Below are positions 24,098 through 36,690 of a stretch of DNA of 64,000 nucleotides, in pieces; positions within the stretch are counted from its first letter, which is position 1; every line of letters starts with the position of its first letter. The stretch is from the NCBI GenBank assembly GCA_963924565.1, contig OZ004607.1:16244001-16308000 (forward strand), written 5' to 3'. This stretch comes from Ascidiella aspersa. Taxonomy: Eukaryota. The position numbers were made by a program, and so were the translations under genes. The notes under the pieces were generated by a model. That model made no database searches, was not told the DNA's origin, and was given only the letters and a program-made list of their open reading frames with translations.

Positions 24098-25270
24098 AAG
24101 AACAGTTAAAATGTATTTAATGGTCATTTACCGTGATATAGTAGTGTGAGCATTTTCTTATGGAATTTTCTCCTGGGTTAGTTTTAGTAGTATTTATAAA
24201 CGTCTCGCTAGATTTACATTTTCAGGATAGTTTTCTCGTAATTAACCACGTGTCTTTGTCAATTATCTCTGCTTTTTTAATATCAAGTTTCAAGGCTCTA
24301 AAATGATCGATTTTTAAATGGAAATACCTTCGCATATGCATATACGAAGTGGAAAATAGCATGCAATCATATACAAATAAAATACCAAATAAAGCAATGT
24401 ATGGCCTAGAAGGTTAAATATTTTTATAAAGTCATAAACGATAAATTACCAAATTAAATGACAGCGAAATATTACAAAAACAAATAAAGGGCATGATTTT
24501 CTTAAATACAGAAGGATAGTGATAAGGCTGGGAAAGTGTAAAATTTTACTTGTATTTTTTCGTTAAACTTGATCCTCCTAAAATTAATTCATCTAAAATA
24601 TAAACGACAACTAATTTATTTCGATTTTTGTAATAAATTTTAGTTCATAGAAGTAATCGTGCCGAGTTAGACAGAAATCAACTATCAGGCAATTTATTAC
24701 AAATAAGTTTAAAGTTAAACAACAAAGGTTTTCGTATTTTACAAAATTGTATCACGAATATCCACTAGGTATGTATCCCTGTTCCTCATCCAGCACTCGC
24801 ACAGTTGGGAAAACAGGACAAGAGTTGCGAGGTTGTAGACGTGGACCTATATACACTAAAACGTTAAGGTAAATCTAAACGACGAGGAAAACTTTTACAG
24901 GATATTATAAAATTAGTGCTTGAAGCAAACGTTATCATCATAATTTTTTTCATTTGTTGAATCCGGTTCAATTTTATGTGATATAAGATTTAGTGTTATA
25001 TGAGCAAACTTGCAAACTGCAAAAAATGATGAATTCAGAAATTTGACTAAAAAGGGTAAAAAAGATATAGGAAAAAAAGAAACGTATACACTTCTTGTTT
25101 CAATAATGTTGCTCACAATAAAAAATAGATGACAAAATACAATATTATATTTCGCAGAATATCACATATCTTAAAGAATTATTTTCACTTTACAATAATT
25201 GACTTCTGGATAAAAAAATGCTTTGGGCCTAGTCCTCATTGACCAACTTTTTTTATAATGTTAAACAAAA

Positions 25271-28200
25271 CTACAATTTTTTGTTATAAAATACACCTGC
25301 TTTGGGAGCTGCTGCCATATTGTAATATGTCGATGATTTTTCTGCAAAAAATATATATATATACATAAATACGATAATTTAGTGTCAATTAAATATCAGA
25401 AATCCGCAACATCTCGTTAAAAGAAAACCTACAGTATGTTACATAAAACACCTTGACTTGTGTATGCAAAAACCAAAATAGGTTAACTCAAAACTATTGT
25501 AAAAGTTAAGATAAAAGAGCTATTTTGTGTTAGACGGTCACTGTGACTGTGGTTAGTACCATGTTACAACTATTTGCAAGAGTTAAGAAAGTAATTAAAT
25601 GTTGAAATGGAGTAGGCCTACAGCATACCTAAATTCTCAGCGTATACTGGAGTACGGGTGTTGCGATCTAATATATTTTGCTGCAGGGGTACGTATTTCC
25701 CGTCGCTCGTTTTCACAAAGTAGTCAACAACCTCGGTAAACGATGACAATTTTGGATGTACCTTTCCTCCAAGGTAGATTTGAAAGTCATGCTTCGCACC
25801 AACTGAGGTTTTCTTAACTCTATAGTGCTTAAAGTCATCACTAAATGTAAAAAGATGTTTTGTGAACAATCCCGCATTTATCAACTGAAACATATATACA
25901 ATATACACAATGTGTACATTGCGTGATCAAGCCATCTTCAAGTCGTTCGGACCAACGATAATGATACAAACAGGAGCTCAGTCGGTATATCGAGGGTCCC
26001 AAAGGTTAGCCGGGGTTCGTTAGTTTAAACATCTCTCCGCAGGCTATAATTGTCTTTAGTAAGCCTGGCTTGCTTTCATGATAAATGATTTATATTAGCC
26101 TTTCCAAATACATCCGGTGTACTATATGTTGTGTGCCGCCAGTGGTCAGTATGGCTCCAGAAGGGCTCGATAACATAATATATACATTTCTATATGAATT
26201 TTTACGTTGCTGAATACGAGCAATCCTGATTTAAATAAGGATACGAACAGGATGCAGCAGGCAGAAACGCTATAGTCGTTTCTCGACCAGTCCCACATAG
26301 CCTGCGTTGCGCATTCGGTAAGCGATGGTCCTGTAAAGGCGTGAGGTCGTTTGTTCGAACCTCATTGCAGGCTAGTTGTTTTTATAATCTGGCTTTGCTT
26401 ACATGATAATTCTGATAATGCCGACTGCTATCGGTAAAGCTTTTCAAAGGTATCCGGTGAAAGTACTTTAAATCAGCATATAGAACACAGTTGCAAAGAA
26501 AATCATTATTAAGATTAAGTTTTTCAAATTAATATATCTACATATTGGGTGTCTTGACTGAAACGGCATATTTATATTCCTCGTCTTCAGCATCTCGCAT
26601 TCGGACTATCATATTTCCGGCCTGCTCATTTTGACGTAACAATTCTTGAGCGTTTTCTCTGCTCATTGGTTCTTTAAAAAACCACCTGCCAAAGCAAAAT
26701 TCAATGCTGTTAAAAAAACAAAAAACATAGTTAATGGCTAAAATTTACAAAAAAAATTTACATTAAACTTCAATATGAAGTAATTAATAAAATCTTGACT
26801 GTTTCGATATAGTTGGACTATTTATTAATACGGATAAAAGGGGCCAGGAAAAAACCTCGCGATTATTAAACAAAACTTAGGCAAAGTTAATCAATAATCA
26901 ATATGCTTTCTACATACGCGATTTTTTTACGGCTTTACGATGTGGTCGCTAGGATTAAAAGTTTATAGCCTATCATACTTTTCATCTTTGCCAACATAAA
27001 ACATAATCTCGCTTTTAAATGTTGCACTGTAAGTTACAAATTTTCTCAATTTGAGATGAACGTCCCCTTATGATAACCAAGATAAGTCAAATTTAAAAAA
27101 GTTTTTGAAACATAATTTTCTTCAGGCCGATACGTTTTGCCTTAAAATTGCAAGTTGCGACTTTAAACGAGATAAGCAAATGCTGTATGGCCCTCGGCGG
27201 AATCAACCTGAAAGTATTTTGCTTGAATATCGTTAACACTTTCTTTTGGGATGACTGAGCATTGTAGTTTTCTAGGTTACTTCTTTGTTGCGACTTTAAT
27301 ATACGAATGGCCCCTTCCTCCCATACGCGTATCTCGGTCAAATAATGCCTAGACTAGACCATTCCATTTGATCACATCTATAAAGCGTGCTGCTCATAAA
27401 TTCTCGGTTAATTATCTCCTAATCTTTAAACCATTCCCAGGCTCGAGGCCTGATGTTAATACAAAGAGAGAGACTGGTAGAACCTTATTGCTAACATTAA
27501 CTGTTGGGGAATGGATGTAATTCGACAATGCAAATATTCAATTTAAAGTTGCAGAGATATCGCAAGTTTTATACGAAACGAATAATGTTGTCCTTTTTGA
27601 AAAATGCTAACAATTAACGAACGTACGAATCTTTCTTACTTTGGTGTTTCCTTCCACTCAGCGACAGATGTTTTCTATAAATATAGATTAAGCACAAGTT
27701 TATTAAAATGTTCTTAACATTTGCATATATTGGGGTATGTTTGCTTTTATTCTACATACGATGTCTTCATGTTTTACAAGCAACGCACTGTAGGTCATAT
27801 AAGAATACGAATCGTTTTTAAAGTAATGCAAATGTTGTTAAATTGCACAACAATCGCCAATGCAGTGCAATTCAACAAAGGCTGCTTTCGAACGTGAATG
27901 CCGAACAATTCTAATGTCGAATTTTAATAATGTTTACTTCCAAGCGTATTTAAAACCTATTCGAACGATGCTACACACAGTTTTTGTTTAAAGAATATTG
28001 CGGGTATGAGACCTTCCAGATCTCATGAATTTGTTAGACGCCTTAACATAGTAAATAATAGCTTTGAAAAGTATATTTTTTAATTGCGTCGTCAATTACC
28101 AGCACTCTCGGCAATGGTGTGCTTGAAAACCGTCCAGAACTGGGAGACAATACTGGAGAAAAAACAGGGGACTCGCTTGATATCAGTGTAGGTGAGGTGG

Positions 28201-29494
28201 GTGTTGTTGGTGTCAGATACAAATCCTAAATTCACAACATCTTTCTCAAACAAAACCTACATTGTAATACACAATACATTATGTAGATATTAAAATCGAT
28301 TTCTGATAAATATCTTCCTGGTATTAGATGTAGTTTACATGGTTTACCATTGATAACGAATTAGCTAACCTGGATAAATCCCATGTCGATGTAAGCCTTG
28401 GCAGTTCACGTTACTGCGAGCAAACAATAACCACGGAACTGTTTACCCAAGCACAACTTTCATTTCAACTATAAGCTTCGCATGCGTTTATATCAGTACA
28501 AAACAATGTAGGCTTCTTTGCGCTGTTTCTTACATAAAATGACCCAATGTAGAATAAAGTGATGAAACATATAAAAGGAATTTTAAATATATACAATTAA
28601 TGTGTTTTCGTTTCGCTTAAGAAGTAGATAAAAATATAAGTACAATGAAAAAATTGAGTGTCTTTCCAATTAAATCAAACTATACACAAGTAAATATGAC
28701 AAACTCTTACCCGTTTAGCATTATCAAGAATGTCGTTCAGTTCCGTAATTTGTCCAGGCAGCATGTTTTCTGTGTTGTTCGGCAACATTTGCTAATACAA
28801 CGTTTAAATTTAAATATAGCCTTAAGTAAAATGACAATCCATTTAGAGTAGTTTCCAACTTACCAAAATTATGACATGTAAATATCGAAACCACTTTTGC
28901 TGTTCTTCGCTAGATTCCGCTCGTATGCGAATGCCTTTTGTCGAAACGCTGAACCAATAAAAAGCTTGTACTTTAGTTTGCTACGAAGAAATAGTTGGGC
29001 TACAATGTGTTAAAATACAACACCTGTGTTCCAGCGATATCGTAGGAAAACTTGACTTGTTGACAATAACTCGCTGTGAAATGTCAAACTTGACATTAAC
29101 CATATCCTTCAGTGCCACTCTTTGAGAAGCTTGCTGCGAAGCCATCTAATTCAAAAGTATACCAAATATTATCAAACAAACTACTAGGAACAACTGATTT
29201 ATAAATATTTTTACCTTCAAAGATTATTCTAGGAGTGAATTTATATGTGATAAAAACACAAACGTTACTTACTGTATTGGCTGTGACTACCTTAGTTTCG
29301 TTTTCTGAAATTATTAATTCATTTCCCTTGAGTTTCACATAACCTTTCTTGTATTCCTTCTGACGTTAAAATTACAAATATTATTAAAAAATATGTTTTA
29401 TAATAGAGTTTACATGCAAACCTACTGAAGTTGTGAATTTAATATTCAGCCAGCCTTGGTGGTGCAATCTTTGATTTTGCCTAGCAGAGGCCAT
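25271..29494 (-). CDS. STAP1: STAP-family (STAP1/STAP2-like) PH + SH2 signal-transducing adaptor, about 337 aa
   Basis: Phase-consistent exons 29494-29426, 29359-29291 (or -29273), 29145-29024, 28948-28864, 28791-28711, 28225-28100, 27674-27640, 26685-26542, 25840-25629, 25341-25271 (last exon uncertain). PH domain LHHQGWLNIK..EYKKGYVKLKGNELIISE..IRIRAESSEEQQKWFRYL. STAP-type post-PH motif ENMLPGQITELNDIL. SH2 PKWFF..SRENAQELLRQNEQAGNMIVR..YAVSV..FKHYRV..FTEVVDYFVKTSDG. The symbol denotes family membership, not proven orthology. Confidence 0.8.
25972..26120 (+). mobile_element. Degenerate tRNA-derived SINE copy 1 (STAP-like intron)
   Basis: A-box-like GGAGCTCAGTCGG. Shares the tail GCAGGCTA..CTGGCTT..CATGATA..TTT..ATCCGGTG with the copy at 26300. 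Confidence 0.5.
26300..26460 (+). mobile_element. tRNA-derived SINE copy 2
   Basis: GCCTGCGTTGCGCATTCGGTAAGCG (A box) and GTTCGAACCTC (B box) at tRNA-like spacing, ending TGCAGGC (pairs with the 5' GCCTGC), followed by a non-tRNA tail shared with copy 1. Confidence 0.6.
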
Positions 29495-30702
29495 AGAATG
29501 TTTAAAACAACAGTTGTTGTTTCAAAATCACACTATTTATAAAGTCAAATAAAACTGAAACATCAAATCGTACCAGTTTAATATTTTACATCTCTTGTCA
29601 CATTTCTGACGTATGTGAGTAAGGCTTAACGGTCTATGCAATCTTCTCTATATTTTGACTGGGAAACTTAACCACAAACTAGCTTATCGATGTAAGTAAA
29701 GATATCAGGTGTATTTATACCCTAAGGATCTGAAACTCAATGCTGTGACCAGAAAAGTGCTACAACAACAAACAACCTATAGTTCAACTATCCCTTACGA
29801 CTGCCCAACAACTGCAGAAAACAGCAGAACGATAAGGAAGCCTTATGTTTCGGTTAGCTGAATTAATTGATTAATTAATTAGCAAAGTTTATTTTGATAA
29901 TGCTAGTTGTATGAAAATGCTTTTAAAAACCTTTACTGTTTTCCTTTTGAACAATCATCACCTCAACACGCCACAGTCAAATACGTCAATGAGTCAAACA
30001 AAACCTTTTCAAGCTATGTTATTTACTGAACACATATTTACTGTTCAGTTGCTCACCAGCGCTGTATGTGACAGAGTGTAGCAAGTTAGCAACAAACCTG
30101 TTTTGGTTAATCCATTAAACTTCGGCAACAATCGACAATCGTACGCCATGTGCTACATTTGACAATCGAAAAAATATGTATTTGAGGCGCAATAAACAGC
30201 AAATTACGTTCATGAAACCAACAACAAGTAGGAAGAAAACAGTGAAATTGCACAGAATTTAAAGTAAGTGCAGACATGAAAGAAAACTATAAAATGCAGT
30301 TCGTATTATCATAGCTGACTAGTAGGAATGATAATCAATATTATTAACCAAGTCAGGTCGCTATTAACTTATCAATATGTACATATACTGTATATTCTGT
30401 ATTACTATACTAAGCAGCAAATGCCATTTGAATTTCGAGAAAACTTGCGTAAACGTTTTTCAGGATTTTACTTGTCTTCTAAGGCATTTCGGTTGCACTT
30501 ACAACTTCAAAGGTGTAAAAAAGATTTTTCGTTTAAGATTGCGATAAATGTTGTTGAAAGTTTAGGATAATGTATTTCCTTAGTGGTTGTTGGTGCTTAT
30601 AGTTTGATGTAATAGTTTTGTTCGCAACCCCCTTTCTATCACCCTTGGTATGCAATAAGTAAACCAGTTATTGTTCCTTCTGGAGTTTTTGTGTGCAGCA
30701 CT

Positions 30703-32660
30703 TCAAGTATATCTACCGTATGACGAATAATGGCAGACGTCGAATATCGATTTGCCATTAAGTGATCGTTGCAAAACTGGCGAATCTATCGAGGAGGTTT
30801 CGTCATGGCACATACTTATGTTTTTGCTTTCTCCGAATCGTGTTGGTGGGCTTGCACTCACACCAGCTCTTTTCTTGCGCCACTGTGAGCGAAATCGGGC
30901 AGCAGACTCTCCCAAATCGGCCGTCACTGTGATTGTTCTCTCATCGAAATGAACCTTTGGAAACAACGCTAATTGAAATATATGACATTTATCACGCGAC
31001 TTTGTTTTTCGTCCAGTAGTTGCGAAACGGCACAGATTATAGTTTTAAATGTTTATATAACAGACCAAACGAAACACGTTATGGATGTAGCAGAAAAATA
31101 AAGCTTCTGACCGTTCGCCTTCCTTTAATTCTTCCTAGGGCGACAGGGGGAAGAGAGGACGAAATGGGTCCATTTATTGAGCTGTTACATGATTCCGAGT
31201 CACTGTCGTCAACACCAACATTGTCGTAACTGCGTACTCGCTGGATGTCGCTCCCGCGCTTTAATTTTATCATCACATGGCTAAAGTCTTTAGAGGGTCG
31301 AGGTAGAGAGGGTGAGTCATACGCTGCATCACCAACAGAATTGATTGGGCAGTCGACGCGACGACTATATCGTAACGTGGATTCATCATTGTCAGTATCG
31401 TTAGTTATCTGTAAAAAAATGATATGTTTTTTAAATACAACCAGTAGATTTGAATTACTTCATTTCTGTTGTAAGCCATTAACAAACATGTACAGAAATG
31501 TGTGTATGCACAAAAAAATTGACTAGCCTGTTGTAGCTCCATAGCGTTCACAACCATATAACTTCAACAAAGGTAGTAGGGCTGGCTATTAAAGAGTTGT
31601 TTAAAATAATAGCCAACAATATGTAACCTATTATAAATAATTATATAGTTTTACCAATGACTTATATTACTTGTAACAATAGCATAGATATCACATTACG
31701 AAAATTATTTAAATTAGGAGAGCACTTAGTTTTTTTATTCGCGAGTTATACAAATTCTATTATACCTTGAGTAAGTATACTTTTAGCGCAATTAATCAAA
31801 TAATATAGTTTGATTGTTTACATCTATAACACGAGAAAGCGCGGTAAATGTGTATAAAACGACAAAGTTTGGTATCAAAACAACATCTTGTGTAGAAATT
31901 ATTTTCTATATTGAACTACAATAAATACTAAGATGAAGAAAGCATGGCGACGCGCCAATGGCCGTTCAAGCAAAACAATCTCTACCCTATGATACAATGA
32001 TTAAATTGTCTACTTGACAAGGGTTGTGCGGGCCACATAAAAGCTCTATAACTGAACTTTAAAAAACTGCTTCAATTTTTTGGATTTCCGCAATGTATCA
32101 AGGAACTCAATTTTTTTTAATTTCACGAAAACCTTTAACGTTATCGGTAAATTGTTGATATTTATCAACTGTTCATACATTTTAAAATACGCAACGGTTT
32201 TTTCAGTGTGTAGTAAAAGGCATAAAATGTCTGATCTTCGTCGGGCAAGTTTGAAAAACGTGACAGTAAGAAAACAATTAAAATAACGAAGAAACAGTCC
32301 AAAAAGCGCAATTCTTAGTGTTAACCGGTATAAAACTACATGAATAAAACGAACCTTTAATTTCGGAATGTCGATAGGTGTACTTGCAATATTGCGTCCT
32401 CCCATCGAGTGTTTTGTCATCGGCGAGTAGTTTCTTTGATCCAATTCAATAGGGCTGTCGCTATAAGGGAACGAACTGCTGTTGCCGGTCTGGCGTAAAT
32501 CAAATAATGCTCGATCCGTGGTTTGCCCACGGCTCAGTGAAATAACCTCGCTTTCTCGACCCTGTCTTCCCTCGCTCGCATAATCATCGACGATGGCGTC
32601 CTTTGTATTCGAGGCGCAATCTTCTCCCTCTCCAATTGTTCTCGCGTGCTTCGACGTCAT
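30703..32660 (-). CDS. Uncharacterised Ser-rich, probably disordered protein, about 284 aa, 3 exons
   Basis: Exons 32660-32355, 31408-31112, 30954-30703. All junctions are GT-AG and phase 0 and give an 855-nt open frame. The exons are GC-richer than their flanks. Motifs YDSP, YDNV and KGRRT|VHFDE. No recognisable domain. Confidence 0.6.
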
Positions 32661-35600
32661 GAGTCGAGAAGCTCACCCCGCCGAAAAACGTAAACAAGTC
32701 GTTGTCCGGGCGGTTGGCTCACGCTGGTTGGTGCGATGAGGAGCTTGTTGATCAGGCCGACTCGGACACGTGACACGTCGCGACTAAACGTCTGGTACAA
32801 ATGTTTTCAACAATTTCCTTCTATATATGTCTATATTTGTTTGCCTTATATTATGTTCTTAACCAGAAGCGTTCTGTAATAGCATTTTGATTAATTTCTT
32901 TCAAAGTTTAATTTTAATGTCAAAACATTTATTATTTTGTTATTCGTGAAATATTTGATTAGGATTAAATTATCTTGTTTCGTCATATAAAAGTATATTA
33001 AAGCGGTGTAAATAATGTACACTTAGTTATAAGTAGCACGAGCAATGAGCATAGTGCACAAGTTCATACTGTTGTGTTTTTCATGTAAACAAGATGAGTA
33101 TAGTATACGTGGAATCTAGATCTTAAAATAAAAATAGTAATCTGCAAACGTATAAACGCGCTGTAAGCCACGTTAGCATTGTCTGATGACTTTCCAACTT
33201 GAGGTTAAACGGCGAACGCTCAAGTGAAAGCACTTGTGTTAGAGTGGCCATTAAAAAAGTTGAGGTCAACCTAAGCCCCGATAAACATACGAAAACAAAC
33301 GAATCCGCGCAAATACTTATCGTTTCAAAACAAATACCAAAAATCAAATAACGATAACTCATACAAATTTGCTCCGATGAACCTTGTCAACTTTTAAGTT
33401 AAGATAATGTCTTCAATCGTAACTACATGTTTGTTAGATCTTAGAAAAATGGTAAAACGTTTTTTTTTTTTTTGCCTAAATATTTGTGGATTTGCAATTG
33501 CTCATATCTTTTAAAGCAGGAGTGTGCAACCTGCGTTCCGCAGAGCAAAAATATGTTGCCCGCGGCCTGCTTTACTTTATGACCCGTTACCAAAGTATAG
33601 TTTGATTGACCATCTATAAAAAACAATAGGCGAGAGCCAATAAAAGAATCGATTTTATCTACATAGTTGTATGTTCGGTCATACGCAACTTTGAAATAGG
33701 TTTAGCCACACAAAATGTTTAGGAACAGCCCAGTTGAGCAAATCTTATAAAACCTAAGGCACAAATATGATATGTTTACCGTGTCAATTATTAAAATAGT
33801 TGGAAAGTATTACCACCCTGATCAAAATTTTTTTTTTTTGCTAAATTGAAAATAGAAAACTTTTTTGTAGATACACATAGGCTAATTATTACACAACACA
33901 TAAGCCTATTGACCAATTAATCTAGCGCAGCGTCCCAACCTCTTTGTTCTCGCGACCCCTTTTGAGTTTTCGATAACTTGCGCGACCCCGCAATTATAGT
34001 GTATGATACTTAAACCAGAGTCAACAAAAAATGCATTTAAAAATTGGCAAAATTCAAATTGGGAAAATCAAAATTGCACAAAATTTTGGTAAAATGTCCG
34101 GATTTAAGTATGCACAACAAGCTAAACCTGCGGCTCGAGCGTCCACTATTTTTATTACACGTTGTTTGATTGAGTCTACGCTTGACTCATTAATTGAAAA
34201 GTGTAATGGTGACGTCATAAACACGGCCGGTTCACTGCAGCTAAAGCCACGTAAACATAAATGTTAGACTGGCGGTTGCTTTTGCACCTTCTATAATGCT
34301 AAACTATATCTATACACGGCGACTCCTCTCAGACAAACCCTTTAACAGAATAATAAACCCTACAAAATAAAGTATTTCACGCACTCCACACAAAAATTTC
34401 TTGCTTAAACTATGGTACTGTAACTATATTAATAAATATTAATAAAGGAAATAGTAAATTTTAAATTGAAGGTTAGTAAGCTTCATATCCCTGAAGCAAA
34501 TATCTGCAACAAACCTGGATAAATTGATTTTAGGCGTTGCCCCTAAAAAAACTTGCCTATTTGACTATACTATAGTAATAATGTCAATTGTTTTCCATCA
34601 AGATTGTCGCAAAATATCGGGTATCAGTGTAGGAACAATATACAAGGTATCGGTACATTCCTAATTTTGGCTTTGTATAACACATAGTGTTACTAAAATC
34701 GCTTAAGACAGGTATTTTCTTTCATTTTAGTTTTCTCCGCAATAATGACAATTCGATGCATTTCGAAGCTTTACTATTCATGACAAAATGTAAATGTTTA
34801 TAAAACATACAATTTTATTTGTAAGTCACCTATTTACCGACAACAGTTAATAATTACAGTTATGAGTATATACCTTTTACATTCGCCTTCCATACTCTGA
34901 CAAAAGCCCTAAATACAAAACATTTATCATAAATTACAAAACATTTATCATAAATTATTTTTTATGGGGTTAAATCGGACGTACTCGCGAGCTTCATTCA
35001 TTAAAGAAAGTTCTTCTAAAAATGCTAAATATTTTCTAGGTCTTCAACGTAAAAGTTTCGACATATAAATTAACGTGTATTTTTTCTCTGTACAACATTG
35101 AACGGGGGAAATTATCCATTGCTTTGCTAAACTGGAATTTATACACTCAATAGCCTACAATGTTTGCGCTAAACTTTGCCTTGGCCTTTGGTTTAATTGC
35201 AGAGCTGACTTTTCTATTATACCGAAGCTTACAAATCGTACGGTGTTAGCACGATATTATCAAATTAAATATATGTGTTAGTAATTAGCTGTACCTATTA
35301 CTGATTGCGTTACTTATTTATGCTTTGCTGCACAAGTACAGAATATTATAAGTATAACATATTTTCCGTAGAACAAAAACATCTATTTTGTATACTTTCA
35401 AAATTGTAATATGGTCAATTGAGCACACCAGAATCACCGAATACGGAGATTGAACTGATAATAATGTAGTAACAAAGTTTGTCATCGCATTCTTTTCGTT
35501 CCAGAGGCACAATTAACAGGGATTAAATTTACAAAGCCGCCCTTCAAAGCACTTCCAAATGATGTTTGTTTCACATCGCTCTACTGCGCTCGATACAAAA

Positions 35601-36690
35601 CGCGCTTATCTATGCGAGGAGGCTTTACTAGTTGTTTTGTGATAACAAAACGAGTCGCACACGAATTGCCTTGTTAGTATGAGAGCAAATCCTACATGCC
35701 CAACCTCCAAACAGCGTCACCGTCCTCAGCTTTGATTGGACGATTTTCATTTCATTGGAGCAAACAGCATTCGCGAGGAGCTGCTGTTGTCCTCGACAAC
35801 ACGGTCATCTTACCACCCGACAAGCCCGCCACTGCTCGTTACAATCTCACGCTATTGTTTTCGCCAAAACATAAGGAAGTGAAATAAAATACTAGCGAGC
35901 TGATGACGTACGAAGTATTGTATCAGTCCTGGGTCGAACAACTTGTTTCAGTAGAAATGCGATCCCGTTTCATAGTGGAAGTGGGCGTTGCCCCGTAAGG
36001 CTGCACCCACACGGAAATTCTTAGTATATAGCGCGCATTAACAAACATTGTTGTGAACAAGTTACGAACTAATTTTACCTTAAAACCAAAAGTTGCATTA
36101 CATTAAAAAATGACGTTGTAATTGCAATAAACTATTTTAAAGTACGATATTATGTGAATACTTATTTTTGAGGCTCAAGACGTATCTAAAACGTATATAA
36201 TCAAAACAATGAACAGGCTTAAACAAACTTATTTTTATCGTCTGCAAAGTGCGATGTATATGAAGGATAAAGAGTTGAATAATTACTTGCGCTTTTCGTT
36301 GAACACAATGCGAGGTCAGATATTCATCACAAATGCTAACGGCGTGCAGCACATAAACATGTACTTCCCGCAAAACCCCCACATGACCACATTTGCGCAT
36401 TGATTGATTAATCGTTGAAAATTATTAATTGGCTTAACTTCCTTAAATTTTGGTTATATTTCGGTTCACAAAAGGAACAAACGTGTTACGCCCGAAATTA
36501 GTCTGCAGCAAGAGTTTATAGGAACACTATTTTAATACGCATTGGTACAGAGAAAGTTCTTGTAGGTAGTAGTTACAAAATCTATACTAAAATAATTGTT
36601 GTGCTGTTTTAAAGTTTAGTGTGCCATCTAAATGCTTGGTTTGATCACATAAACCTTGATTTGTCTGATTTGGGTTTTTGTAATTTTATC

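Noticed and set aside
26300-26374. Functional tRNA gene
   Set aside because: The stems look imperfect and a repeat tail is shared with a second nearby copy, which fits a SINE better.
29096-29338. 80-aa ORF as a single STAP exon
   Set aside because: Only its first ~16-22 codons fit the PH domain; the next exon (29145-29024) is in a different frame.
36137-36403. 64-aa (+) and 87-aa (-) ORFs upstream of anoctamin
   Set aside because: Short, no recognised homology and no supporting exon structure; a micropeptide cannot be excluded.
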